Shown piece after piece: positions 1 through 13,770 of a stretch of 64,000 nt of DNA. Every line of letters begins with the position of its first letter. Positions within the stretch are counted from its first letter, which is position 1. This stretch comes from Octopus vulgaris (taxonomy: Eukaryota): contig OX597816.1 of assembly GCA_951406725.2 (NCBI GenBank), positions 66,216,001-66,280,000 on the forward strand. Direction: 5' to 3'. The notes under the pieces were generated by a model, which made no database searches, was not told the origin of the DNA, and saw nothing but the letters and a program-made list of their open reading frames with translations. A program made the position numbers and the translations under genes.

Positions 1-907
1 GAAACAAGAAGCAGTGCTCTAAGTCATCCTCAGATTGGTGACCTACTACAACAGGTACCTAAAGATCAGGTGGTGGTGTTAAAGTGAGGGATGGCGTAAG
101 TGTACAAATGAAACAGTTGCAGTCCAGTGACCTTCTCCACAGGTTCTGTCTAGCCAGTTAAACACAGCTTGGCTCAACTCAAAGCAATGGTACAATACAC
201 TTACACAAGACACAATGTAGTGAGATCAAACCTAGAATCACCTGACGGTGATGTCAGCTAAACCACACAACTAGAACTGCACTGTTATTTTCTCAGCAAA
301 ACAATGTGGTTTATTCTCTGAACAAAACAATCCCAAAAAATTGCATACTTATAAAATTCCCACTCCACACACTCCCTTGGCTTGCAGTTTGTTTTCTTTC
401 ATTACAAATACAAGCAATAAATCATACAACTTTTTTCACCAATAAAAATGCTAGTTGCTTTTGTAATGAATCCTTAAACAAAATCCTAATTTAAAACAAT
501 TTTTAAAAAACAGTCAACATCCTCCTTAAACAGTCTGAAAAATAGCTTTGAAACATAGTAGTATCTATTTTTATAGGAAAGCTGTCTGAAATTGCATCAT
601 CTGTTATGTCTAAAGACAACATTCTGAAGAAGTATTTGAAGTAACGACCTATTAATTAGTCAGGTTCTAAGTGCTTTAAGTACATTTCATTAATATTGAT
701 TCAAAAGTATATTCACTTCATTTCAAACACTCAACAGAGTCACAAAACATTGATAATTATAAATAATTAATCAGTAGTTAGGTTACAATTAATTGTAGGC
801 TAATGTATCAATGATAATAGATAAAAACAAAGCTATATATATATATATACTTTGTCAAAAAAGCAGCAAAGATATAAAAACTGCTTTTTTAGTGCTTACT
901 CTGGTAT

Positions 908-945
<38 letters not shown>

Positions 946-1949
946 GTATATATATATGGGTTTGGTAATACAAACAGGTAAAATAGAACTCAAAATATAA
1001 GTGTAGGGCATCCAGCTGTAGAAACATTGCCAGATCAGATAGGAGCCTGGTGCATCCGCTGGTTCTCCAGACCTCAATCAAACCATCCAACCCATGCCAG
1101 CATGGAAAACAGACGTTAAACGATGATGATATACTTTTTTTTTATTATTCTTAATTGGTAGAAGTTACAAGTTGCCTTCATTTATAAAGACCAACTTAAA
1201 TGATAAATATAATTATCCCTGGATTCTAGTAAAAGTTAGAAATTTTTTTTATATCTAGTGCCAACTGAAATGAAACACAGCTGCAAGAAACAAACTACTC
1301 TAAACAGTGCTTTCTTTTAGTTTTAATTCAAAACATCTGTGTGACGAAGGTTTTTTTTTTTTTTGACTGATTGCTCCAAAATACTAGTTCAAAATGCACC
1401 AACTTCGTTTAACCTGTATCTTAAGATAATCAAGTCAAGCTATCCAGTTGAAAAACTGGTAATCACTTCTCCAACATCAACTTCAACAAAGAAATCCAGC
1501 TTCAAAATCTCATAAAAATCATGGTGGAGACATCGTGGGTATTAAACATGTATACACTATAATATTCACTTTTAGTTTGTTACTATCAAGATATCAAAAT
1601 CTTTCATTGTACACATACAACTTCATCACCGACTGTCAACATTGTTTTTAACAGCTACAATGATGACTCCAATGAAAGAGTTTCAATCCCAACATAGGAT
1701 TAGATCAAATTCCTTGCCAGACAAATGCAACTCAAGAATAATTACCTTTCATTAAGAAACATTTTTTCATAAAATACTATGGACCAGCCTGCTGACTTAA
1801 CCCTAGTAAATAATTAGTACTTACATTATACAAACATGATTCAAACTAAAAATCCTTCTTGTCTACTGCTAGGTAACAAGTAAATATACTACTATATATT
1901 GCAAAACCAATATATAATTTTATATGCAATACAAATATATCTTAATTTC

Positions 1950-2322
1950 GGTGCCAGTGTAGAATGTGATCTACAGCAACTTAAATCTAGACGGGCTTCA
2001 CCTCTTATTTTCCCACCATTTCTCCTCACATTTGCTGCATGGATCAATATCTCCATGTTCATCAAGGAGTTCATAGCAGAGAAATTCTATTGCAGCTTCT
2101 TCATCTCAAATAACCTGTGTGTAAAATTCTTTTGCTCTAATCATGACTTCTTCCAATGGGCTCAGGACTAAATCATAAAAACCAACCAAAAGTTGAGTAA
2201 ATAGATGAATTTTAAATGGAGATCAAAAAGTCAGCGTAGATCACAAACTATACCATTTGAACTAATGTAGATCACAAGCTATACTAGAAACATGCATGTA
2301 GATCACATACTACACCAGCACC
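1950..2322 (-). mobile_element. Merlin (IS1016/ISXO2-like) internal-deletion derivative
   Basis: About 26-bp imperfect TIRs beginning GG (GGTGCCAGTGTAGAATGTGATCTACA vs GGTGCTGGTGTAGTATGTGATCTACA). 8-bp TSD-like flanks TTAATTTC/TTGGTTTC. Remnant frame KEFYTQVI*DEEAAIEFL...PCSKC resembles the Merlin transposase N-terminus. Confidence 0.75.
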
Positions 2323-2689
2323 TTGGTTTCTTCTGACTAGGCATATAGCCACTTATTTAAAAAGGGCATGAAATAAAATGAAACTTGAGATGTTTACACT
2401 TCTCCCATCATCATTTAACATCCATTTTCCATGCTGGCATGGGTTGGACAGTCTAACAGGAGCTGGACAGCTGCCTAGGCTCCATGCCTGTTTTGGCATT
2501 TATGGTCAGATGCCCTTCATAATGCCAACCACTTTACCCTCTGGGTGCTTTTTACGTGGCACTGGCAGTTGTGCTTTTTATGTGGAACCAGCACCCATGA
2601 GCACACAAGATTAGGGATGCTCAACTGAAGAGGGGAGCAGGGGACATGCCTCTTGGAATTGAACTGATATGAATTTGATTAGAAACTGA

Positions 2690-2980
2690 AGTTATACAAT
2701 AAATCCAATGAATGTTGGTTAATGACTGAAAGAGTACAATCATGAATGCAAGCAGCCAAAATGGGATTTCTCTTAAGTATCTTTAGAGCAACATTATTTG
2801 ACAGGGTGCATAGCTTGGAGATTAGACTGTTTCTCCAGGTCAAGTTGCTACTTCTTCACATTGAGAGATCACATAACTCCAGTACTACAAACAGGTGATT
2901 ATCACAAGAAAGAATTGTAAGAGGACTCTTCAAGCTAGGCCAACAGGCAGGAAACCTAGGAGTAGACCAATAACAAGAAT
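2690..2980 (+). mobile_element. RTE-clade LINE 3' remnant
   Basis: Degenerate LLLHIERS...QARPTGRKPRSRP peptide, typical of the region after the RT domain in RTE elements. Confidence 0.6.
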
Positions 2981-5052
2981 ACAGTATTTTTCTTTTACTT
3001 AAATTACTTTTGTTAATAAGTAATAACAGAAACTTAGTCAGGTCAGAGATCTCATCACAGGCTGATGAGACCTGCTATTGGTACCATGTAAACCAGTATT
3101 GTTTCATAGTCAAATGGTTGGCAACTAAACCAGCTCCCCTGCATCAGTACTTTAGTACTCTTGTGAGGAGCCTGTCTAAAAACAAGATTTGTTGAGAGAC
3201 GGATGAGCTCCTTGTGGGCCAATGGCAAACCACCTCAATATCTCTGCCAAGAAAACACTATGAAAAAGAACAAGTAATGCTTAATCAGGAAGACATTTGC
3301 TGTAGTGTCATCAACACACTGCAAAAGTATATGATACATAATGACAACTCACAGGAAAACTATAAAACTACACAATCCAATGTCTTAAGATAATTTGTCG
3401 TTAATTCTTAATGGGACAAACAACCACAGAAACTTCTTCATTAGAGACTGACAGATAAATATTGTTTTGAGAGATGTTGTTTGTATGGGCAATACTTTTT
3501 ACAGCTGGATGTTCTTCATATTGTTAAAAGCTCCAGTATTGGTTTCTTTAAAAGTATTCATTCAACTTTTCAGTGAATCATGCTCTAATTATGCTTGACA
3601 TTGTTAAACAATTACACAAATCTGCAACCAGGTATTAGTACACATACAACTTAGTATTAGGAAATGAGGTGCTTAGTTAGAAATGATGTTTTTATTATAA
3701 GCAAACACTAAATCTTGGTTAGCAGTGTAGCTCAGGAAGAAAGACTTAAAAATTTATTGACTACTTTGTTGTGTTTTGCATTAATGTTTATTCCTTTGAA
3801 AACTATCATCATTTTAAATTAGAACTGAATAGATCGGAGAAATAGTATTTAAACAATGATGATAATGATGAGTATATAGCAGGCAAGGGTGAGTGATTAT
3901 GAAGTGTGCTTCAAACTTGTGATTCTAGGATCAGTTCCACTGCACATCACTTTGGGCAATTAACTTTTGTTAAATTTTGACTAATGTCATGCAAATGAAA
4001 TTTGGAAGACAGAAATTATGAGGAAGACCAGTATGTGAGTGTGTGTGCCTGCACATGCATCCACATATGTGCATATGAAAGTAAATTTCTTATATAGTAT
4101 GAAGTAATTCATAAAAAGGGACATAACTCAAGGTCAACTCGACATTCGGTTAATAGGAATTGAGACTTAAATATTGGGGTCAATAATTCACAACGCAGAG
4201 AGAGAGAGAATAACAGAAATTAACTTTCTTCTTTGGAGAGGATAAAAAAATCAACCCTGAAATTAGCAGAAAATATTAAGTGATAATCAATAAAATGAGC
4301 ATAGTTAATTGGAGATGTTGCAAACAAAACAATCAAATAGCCAGGATCCACAATTAAATGAGTTTAATTTAACATTGCTGTGAATCAGCAGAGATTAAAA
4401 GTTCTATTTTTACTGTTAGTTACATAAACAACGAATTCATCTATAGTTATCTATGTCAGTCCAGTTACATAGTTTAAAGAGAACAGCCTTATTAATTATT
4501 TTCATTGTGTATTTTCAACACCGCTTGATACATCTGTTCTACTGACAAGTTAATTAGCCTCTAAAATGATTTTTAAAAAATATCAAACAGTCGTTTTTTT
4601 TTTCTTTTCTTAGTTTCATTAAGAATATTTAAATCACAAATATAGTAATTTATCAATTTAATGTCCATTATATGCTGGCATGGGACAAATGAAACTTATT
4701 GAGACAGTAATTTTCAGTCAGATGCTCCTCCTAACATCAACCCTCATTTGTTTCAAGGTATTTTTATTCCACTGAGGGGGAAGCATAAAATAAAGAGCCA
4801 ACTCTCAATACTATATCCTGCCCTCAGTTAAGGGGTCTTGTCTCACAAGTTACTTGGTGACCTCACCACCGGTGTCACATAAAAAGCACCAGTGCACACT
4901 GTGAAGTGGTTGGTGTTAAGAAGGGCATCCAGCTATAGAAACCATACCAAAGCAGGCACTGGAGCTCAGTGTAATCCTCTGGCTAATCCATTTCTGTCAA
5001 ACTGTCCAACCCACACCAGCATGGAAAATGGACGTTAAATGATGGTGCTGAT

Positions 5053-5434
5053 TTGTTTGTTTGTTAAGCAAAGCGGTCTTCATCCGTAATGGGAGAAGTC
5101 CGATACGTGGTCCTTTGCTATTCGTAAGATCCGCAGAAGAGAAAGCAGGTCAACCCCCCCGACACCGAGAGCATCGATGGATGGATGAATGTGCATCCAG
5201 GCTCAGCGGTTGCGTAGGAAGTCGGGGACAAGAAACAGGAAGAAAGAGTGAGAGAAAGTTGGAGCGAAAGAGTACAACAGGGGTCACCACCACCCTCTGC
5301 CCCCCTGCCGGAGCCTCATGGAGCTTTAGGTGTTTTCACTCAATAAACACACACAACGCCCGGTCTGGGAATCGAAACCGCGATCCTCTGACCGCGAGTC
5401 TGCTGCCCTAGCCATTGGGCCATTGCACCTCCAC
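5053..5434 (-). mobile_element. tRNA-headed SINE (family E), copy 1
   Basis: A/B-box tRNA-like head, simple-repeat tail, 13-bp TSD TGATGGTGCTGAT. Homologous to the copies at 27801 and 46590. Confidence 0.85.
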
Positions 5435-6295
5435 TGATGGTGCTGATGATGATGATCTTTGTATGAAACAGATGAAACCAGAGTTATGGGATATTGCTCA
5501 AATAGTGTCAATGTGAAGACATACAAACACTCATTCACAAACTGCTATATAAAGGGTGTCTCTACAGTTTTCATCAACTAAATTTCACTCAAGGTGTATA
5601 AAAGAAGACACCCGAGTAAGGTGTCACACAGCAAAATGAAAGCTGAAACCTTGGTTGCAAAGTTAACTTCAAAACTACTGAGTCATGCCCATAAAATTCC
5701 AAACAAAAAAATCTAAATTGACACCACAGGATTTGCAAAATAAATTTAATAGCAACTGCTATTCTGTTTATTTGAAGTTTTTCATAGAATGGGAACATCA
5801 TCATTTTAAGGTCCAATTTTCTGGGTCAGACAGAGTGTGGGGCAAATTGTTTACAGTTGGATGCCCTTCTTGTTGCCAACCCTCACCTGTCTCCAAGCAT
5901 GGAAACATTTCTCCACAACCAGACATCCTCATCGTTTAACATCTGCTTTCCATGCTAGCATGGGTTGGATGAATGACTGAGGGCTGGCGAACCAGATGAC
6001 TGCACCAGGCTTCAATCTTGATCTGGCAGAGTTTCTACAGCTGGATGCCCTTCCTAATGCCAACCACTCCGAGAGTGTAGTGGGTGCTTTTACGTGCCAC
6101 CAGCATGGGGCCAGTCAGGCGGTACTGGCAACAACCTCGCCCGAATCTTTTACACATGCCACCAGCACGGGTGCCAGTAAGGCGATGCTGGTAACAATCA
6201 CGCTCGAATGGTGTCGACAATTATGTGATGTCATAACAAGGAGACACAAACATATATACATTTTTTTTTAATATTTATATACATAGATACATGTA

Positions 6296-6490
6296 CAGAG
6301 TGGCCCAAAAGTAGGTTTGCAGTTATCACATAGGCACTTTAAATTTTATTACATTTAAATTACTATCTTACAATTAACTAAATTAGCATAGAATAATGGT
6401 TTCATATTTTTTATAATTAAGAACTAAACTTAATATATGACTGTGAAAGAGATAGTTGAATAACTGTAAACATATTTTTGGGCCACCCTG
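6296..6490. mobile_element. Tc1/mariner-type MITE
   Basis: About 31-bp TIRs CAG(A/G)GTGGCCCAAAA..., flanked by TA on both sides. Confidence 0.85.
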
Positions 6491-6510
6491 TATGTATGTA
6501 TATATGTGTG

Positions 6511-6848
6511 TGTGAAGGCGCATGGCTCAGTGGTTAGAGCGTCGAGCTTACAATCGTGAGGTTGTGAGCTCAAATCCCAGACCAGGCTGCATGTTGTGTT
6601 CTTGAGCAAGACACTTTATTTCACGTTGCTCCAGTTCACTCAGCTGTAGAAATGAGTTGCGATGTCACAGGTGCCAAGCTGTATCGGCCTTTGCCTTTCC
6701 CTTGGATAACACGTGGTGTGGAGAGGGGAGGCCAGTATGCATGGATGACTGCTGGTCTTCCATAAACAACTTTGCCTGGACTTGTGCCTAGGAGAGTAAC
6801 TTTCTAGGTGCAATCCCATGGTCAGTGTCGTGACTGAAGGCGGTCTCA
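6511..6848 (+). mobile_element. tRNA-headed SINE (family B), copy 1
   Basis: Head GGCGCATGGCTCAGTGGTTAGAGC followed by a B-box-like segment. Homologous to 33143-33472. Confidence 0.85.
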
Positions 6849-7414
6849 GATATATATATCCTTTCACTTTCCATCTACCAAATCCATTCACAAGGCTTTA
6901 GTCAGCCCAGAGCTATAGTAGAAGACACTTGCCCAAGATACCACTTCAAACTGAACCCAAGATGACATAAGTAGTTGAGAAGCAAGCTTCTTAACCACAC
7001 ATTTTAAAAACATTTTGGATAGAAAACCTTGTCTGAAAAATTTTAACCAGTGTTTTAAACACAAATATATACATCAAAGTTTGGAAGAAATTTCGCAGAA
7101 GAAAGTTTTTTATTAGCAATATGTGAATAACAGTGAATGTACATTAAATACTCTAAAAGCAATTGTAGCTGATTTTATGTTTTAAACAACTTTTTATCTT
7201 CAGATCACAATAAAAGGGGTTTTAAACTTTCTTTGCAATACAATTTTTATAACATTTTTACTTCATTGTATGACTTTTCACAAAGAAACAAACAGATCAA
7301 AGCATTATACACATAGTAAAGCATGAAAACATAAGTGGTTCTCACAAAGTATACAAAATCCTTAAGGTGCCAAGGCAGGAATAACAGGGGACAATTAAGG
7401 CATAAATATAAATC

Positions 7415-7938
7415 AAATTCGATGACTGGCGTTTGTGCTAGCAGGGTGCAAAGAGCACAATACGAGTATGATCATTGACAGAGTGGCTAACCGGCTTCCG
7501 TGCCAGTGACACTTAAAAGGCATCATTCGAGCGTGATCGTTACAAGCGTCGCATTACTGGCACTCGAGCCCCATGCTAGTAGGGTATTAAGAGCACCATC
7601 CGAGTGTGATCGTTGCCAGAGCAGCTGCGTGGCCTCCGTGCCAGTGGCACGTAAAAGACACCATTTGAGCGTGATTGTTACCAGCATCGCCTTACTGGCA
7701 CCTGTGCCGGTGGCATGTATAAAAGATTCAAGCGAGTTCGTTGCCAGTGACGCCTGAGTGGCACGTAAAAGCACCCACTACACTCTTGGAGTGGTTGGCG
7801 TTAGGAAAGGCATCCAGCTGTAGAAACATTGCCAGATCAAGATTGAAGCCTGGTGCAGCCATCTGGTTCGCCAGCCCACAGTCATGTGTCCAACCCATGC
7901 TAGCATGGAAAGCGGACGTTAAATGATGATGATGATGA
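7415..7938 (+). mobile_element. Retroposon (family A) with modular GTGCCAGTGGCAC repeats and (ATG)n tail
   Basis: Shared 3' block ...GGAAGGGCATCCAGCTGTAGAAAC...GGACGTTAAA(TGA)n. Further copies near 1000, 2410, 4850, 5930, 12440, 21400, 23410, 28575, 31750, 32050 and 54700. Confidence 0.85.
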
Positions 7939-9401
7939 CTGAAAAATGGAAGTAACTATAGTACGAACAATAAGAGAATACAAAAGTGATTGTCCAAAAC
8001 CTGTAAGAATATTGGAGAGGGAAAAAAGGCTGCAACACAATCTCTCAATTCTTGTTTTCTACCACTGTTCTGGTTTCATTCCAGCTTCTCGATCCTTCTT
8101 GTCTCTGCTAGTATGCAAAATTAGTCTACTGCATTTTTTTTTAACCTCTTTGATACCAACCTGCCTGAGACGGCTTTTGGTTCCATGATTAAAAAAAACT
8201 TCTTTTGATATTACTAGTAGCTGATAAGAGTACACTGCCTCAGTTGTTGAAGGATAAGTCAGAAAGGTCAAAATTTTAGCCTTTTATAAAGTCAGTAATT
8301 GTTCAAAGCCAAAATTTTCCTTATACTTTAGAAAAGAAAGTGAATTTTACTGAAGCTTTTTCATTTTTAAATGAAATATTAAGAAATTCCTGAAGACAGC
8401 TGGTGTTAGTATTTGCATGCAGCTTGGTGGGTGAGTGCTTTATTTGGATATTGGCTGGTGAATGGAAATGGATGGAAGCAGGGGGAGGAGTGTATAGTTC
8501 TTTTTAACAGAAGTAAATAAAGTTTGCATTGGCTGTTTCATGTATTAATTTCGGCAGTCCAATAATAAAAATGAAGAATGAATTTAGCAGGCTTAGCGTA
8601 CATGTAGTAAAACGTAGCTAACAGCTATTTAAGATATAATCAAGTCAACCTGTTTTTTCTCCTTACTATTCTTATAATTAAAAATGTTATAATGTTTAAT
8701 AGAAAGATTATTTGATGAAGAGCATATAGTATTTCTATTTTTAACTTCACATTGCTTCAGAAAAATTCAGCAAACCATTTTTGTTTTTCATCTATGTCAA
8801 TAAAACAGAATGTAATGTAACATTGATGTTACTAGCTTAGCCTTTCATTAAATGCCTCACTGTTCTGTTCTGACTATGCTGAATACAGATGCTTTTGTTG
8901 TGTTTTGTTTTGTTTTGTATTTTGCTTTTTTCTGGGGGCGGGTAGTTGTGTTGGTTACCTTTTGCAAAACCTTGGCCTCTTGCCATTATCTTCTAATTGA
9001 GAAAAAATGTTCATAAATATAGCACTGCAAACTATTAAATGCTCCCCTACACACACGCACACACACACACACACACAAAGGCCTTTAAATGGTGATACTT
9101 TATAATAATCAAAAATATCTGGAATAATTTATTCCTTCACTGGTCATTGTTGTTTAGCATCAGATTAACCCAGATTAAGATGACCTATAACCTGTGACCA
9201 TCCCATTTTTTTCAGGCAGTGAGAATCCAGAAATACATGGAGTCAATGTGTGCACATCCTCACAGTAGTTTTCATTTGAGTGAGGTTTGACTGCTATTTT
9301 TACCAAGTCAAGTGGCTGCATAAAGCTTCCTTTAATTGGTTTGTCAATTTTATTTATTTCAATTATTGATTACACCGCAACACTCATTCCTACTCCAAGG
9401 A

Positions 9402-9829
9402 CAGTAAAATCCCTCTTATCTGGTATTCAAATAACCAGAACTCTCCAGCAGCTGTCACCCAAAGAAAAATGTAACAGAATGCATTGTTAATTAGTCAAGA
9501 AAATTTGAACTAATTTGTGTTAATTAATCAACTGTCATTAAAAGAAGAAAGTTTCTACTGTATCTAAAATGAATCATTGGTTCTTGAAGTACAGTTGTTA
9601 TTTTATTTTATTGACAGTACCTGTATTTAGGTTGATAAAACATTCTTTACTTAAATCATATTTTTATTTCTTTATATTTCTACTAAATTCAGAATATTAA
9701 TGATAATACTGATGTATATAGAAAATTTAACGAGTTTTGTAAGGTGCTACAGTAATTTAAAAAGTGTTTAATGGAAAATTCAGTAATTTGGCAACCTTCT
9801 GGTAGAGCCAGACAGGAGGAAGTTTACTG
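9402..9829. mobile_element. Degenerate pogo/Tigger-like MITE
   Basis: Termini CAGTAAAATCCCTC... and ...GGAGGAAGTTTACTG around an AT-rich interior. Confidence 0.5.
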
Positions 9830-12403
9830 AACCAGAGGAAAGTAAACCCTGGCTGGATTTGAACTTATAAATGTAAAGAGATGCAATCAAACATAATGAT
9901 GTATTTTGTCCAATGCTCTACCAATCCTGCTCATCTCATACTTATTAGTAAATTATTTTCATAATTTATTTTTTTTGTATAGGTCCTGATATTAACCACC
10001 CCAACTTTTTGGTGTCGATACTATTTCAGTCTGTTCACATTGATGGACTTCATATACTCACAACTGGAATGCTTCCAATTCTTTTTCACAGTAACCATAA
10101 ACCTATTTGGCAACTTGAAATCACGAAATACTGTCATCAATTTATCTATTCAAGTGTGCATGCGCACACACACACACAGTTATGTTCTTGAGCAAAACAC
10201 TATTTAACATTGAATGGGTAACCCTGCAGTGTACAGGTTTCTGTTTGGGGGAAATGTTAACCTGCTCACCTAGCCATTGGGGTGGCATTATTTGAAAGCT
10301 ATAATGATGCAAGGAAGTGCATTGAGACCAGTGATGTATAACAACATCCAATAGTCTGGCTGTTACTGTGATTTCTCTTGTACCAGTATCCTGATTTGCA
10401 AATTAAAGACATGCATGCATATATATATATATATACTAATGATTCTGCTAGTTCACTGCTCTAGACTGTTAGAAGAATGAAAGGCAAAGTTGATCTCCGT
10501 GTTATTTGAACTTAAAATGAAAGGAAGCAGAATAAATACTGCAAGCATTTCATCCAATGCTCTAGTGACTGCCAATTCACCACCTAAGATGCCAAAATAT
10601 AAACCAATTTCATTTTGTATCCTGAAATGGAAACATGGTAACTGACAAACATGATCAAAGAGGCAATTATAATTATAAAAACAATCATTTATAATTATAA
10701 ATGATGGTTTCAGACACCTCAATATGGGTTCAAAATATGCCATCATTTAAGATTATATTCTATATGATAGCAAAATGTCTTTAGTCATAGTGAACCTTAC
10801 AAAATGATGCACATTGTCATTCAAGATATCAATAATTTTTTGATAGTTTATGCTGAGAATTCCCAACTTAACTCTCTACCTAAAGATTATAAAGCAAACT
10901 TAATTACTTGGATTGGTAACAATCACAGTCAAGTAGTTTTGACACCAACAATTCTCTTAAAATCAGGTTTGCTAAGTATGTGAGAGGGAAAGTCTAGTGC
11001 TTTGTCCAAAAACTGAACCCAGTATTTGTGTTGAAATGGAAACTAAAACAGAGACCAGAACATCTGCTGACAGTTTCTCAAATCTTGAGTATTTAATTTG
11101 TTTTATCATCATTTAAACTCAATACAGCTGTCTCTCCTGCACTTGTCAGTCTTACTTTAACTCAATACTCAGACTATGTGCTTAAACATTTTGTGAAACT
11201 GCTTTTTTCCTGACATTGCATCTGCTGGAATTTTCTTTTTGACAACACTAACCAACAACAATTGAAAGTGATCAAGTCAAAGACGTTAATGTGGCAGTTC
11301 CAAAGGTCTTAGAGAAGGATACATTTGATTATACAGATATAAAAGATGATGGGACAGTCAAGGCTTGAATGTTTGGGGTCAAAGATTTGCTTGATCAGGC
11401 TAACCAGGGATAAACAACAAATCAAATTTACCACAGTAATCCATCATCTTTAGACTAGATAAGTTTAAAATAAAATACCCACAAATTCTTCTCAGAATAA
11501 ATTCTCAACACTCACACATTCATAGTTCCAATAACAACATTTGCTATAAACACCTACCAGGTGTAAATAATGATCACCTTCTCATGCAGAAGCTACAACT
11601 ATTCACCTGTACAGTTCAACCAGATTTGTATTATTCTCTGAAATGCAATGCTGTCACACCATATTATACTATCAGACTGACCTACATTTATTTATATTAC
11701 AATTTATAAACAATAACCTTGTTGGTTACAAGTTGCCAATGGGTCAATAATTGGTTCACTGTATTCTGATGGTGACTGCCTGTAACAAACAAGGGACTTA
11801 GGGAACTTCGTTCATTTTTTTTTTTTTTTTCTTGCCAATATTTAATATCCTTCACTGATATAGACTGGCAAAAAGCACTCACATCTTCAACAAGCTTCCA
11901 CACAATTTCTGTACCAAGTTTCACACTGATCAACCCAGGGTTAAAGTAGAAAACCTGCACTGAGTACCAAACAATGTGATCAAACCCAGATACACATGCT
12001 TGCAAGATTGCAAATCAATGACCGTAGCCTCGATAAAGTCACTCACTCAGCTAGAAATAATACCCAAATCCTCTTCACCACTACCTTTAACAAAAAAGCA
12101 AAAAAGACACATTCAATAATATAGTTTTAGATACGCTATGCCAGAACTAAAATGATAGTATGGACAGAGCTGAAATTTGTTTAACCTTAAGCCTGTTAAA
12201 TCAGATCTGATCTTGAATTAATGAATAATTACATAATATATGCAAACGCATGACTGTGTCGTAAGTTCGATTAGCGACCATGTGGTATCCATCATATTCT
12301 ATCCTACTGCAAAGTACTCTGACCAAATGTCTTCTACTATAGTCCAAGAGTGATTAATATCTCATGTGGAATTTGGTAGACAATTTGTGCAAAAGTTCAT
12401 TAA

Positions 12404-12435
<32 letters not shown>

Positions 12436-13561
12436 ATTAGCGTTAGAAGGGGCATCCAGCTGTAAAAGCCATGCCAAAGCAGACGGAGGTTGATACAATC
12501 CTTGGACACATCCTATCAAACCGTCCATACCAGCATGGAATATGGACGTCAAATGATGATGATCATCATCTTGCATATATACATGCATAACATACACGTA
12601 TGCACAAGTGTGTATAGAACCTGCGCTCCTAATGAGTGTGTTTATGCTGTAAAACTTAACAGTTTGTCAGGTAGATATCGATAAGTAACCTGCACCTAGT
12701 CCCTCTGTATGGTCAGAGCCCATGGAGCTGAAACCGATAAAATAAGCAAATACAAGACCCCCAGTGATATCGCGATGGCGTACGATAGATATAAGGGGAA
12801 AACGATGGATAGCAACAGATGACCACTTTAAGGGACACGCTACCAATTATTGATAGTGTATAAGGGGAGTCTACATCTAATGGAATCCTAATCAGTACGG
12901 GACAATTTTTAAATTCAAACATACATTAGCAGTAAGACAAAGTTTGTGTTTAAAAAAAAATTAAGGTGGTTACTATCGTTTAACTTATAGTTAATCCTGA
13001 TCAAGACGTCTACGATCAAGGGCATTCCAGCCGTGACCATCGTTCATTCTGAAGACATCTAGATTATCTAATGTTTTTTTTTTGTCGTTATTTAAGGTGT
13101 AAGGTGTATTTGAGGAAGATTTGGTTGCAATTTTAAGCAAGTCGAGGAGCGCATGGAGGCTCTTTAGTTGGCTTGTGAATATATTGTGTTTAATCCTCAA
13201 GGCACCAAATACCCCTGCTTTCACTAATAACTTGCTTAGGTGACCAAAACACTGATCGTATTTCAGCAACGAGGCTAAAAATATTAAATCCAGATTAACA
13301 GCTGGTCGTCCGGGCATCAATATATTAAATAACGACGAACAAATATTTACACAGTCTCTCAACTCAATAGCCAGACTTAAATTATCATGTGTATAATTTA
13401 TTTTACATTTGTTTTGTTATTAAATCTTGAAACAAAAATATATTACAGATACCGAAAGATCGCTCATAGCAATTACACAGGGCCCAAATGAGAGGCATTT
13501 GATACACACACATATATATATCTATATTACCATTTAAAGAATAAAAACGAGAGTTTATTTA

Positions 13562-13770
13562 CTACCAAACCCATCGGCAGTAACTTTCTCGTATTTATAT
13601 GTCCCAAAATCGAAAGATCGCCAGAAATATTTATAGAACTTTGCAGAATCTAACCAACTTTTCTCTAGAAAATTCCTTGTTAAAACGAAGTAGTCGCAAT
13701 AGTTGTTAGCAATTGTCTGATTACTGCTACTGCTCGACAATGAAGTAAGTCTGATAACCATTTTCTTGCA
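13562..13770 (-). CDS. Candidate exon of an unidentified minus-strand gene (MVIRLTS...FWRSFDFGTYKYEKVTADGFG)
   Basis: CTTTTCCACCCTCAG acceptor, about 200 nt open frame, phase-1 donor options (GTAGTA or GTAAAT). No homology recognised. Confidence 0.3.

Noticed and set aside
3056-3110. CTGATGA followed by a small hairpin as another hammerhead
   Set aside because: No GAAA box after the stem and no stem I partner.
6517-6590. tRNA-like sequences (also 33148, 46880-46956, 60636)
   Set aside because: They are heads of multi-copy SINEs that continue into shared bodies with TSDs, and they lack a complete acceptor stem.
8059-8271. 70-aa minus ORF with protein-like composition
   Set aside because: No recognisable homology or convincing splice sites. 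It may be an old TE remnant.
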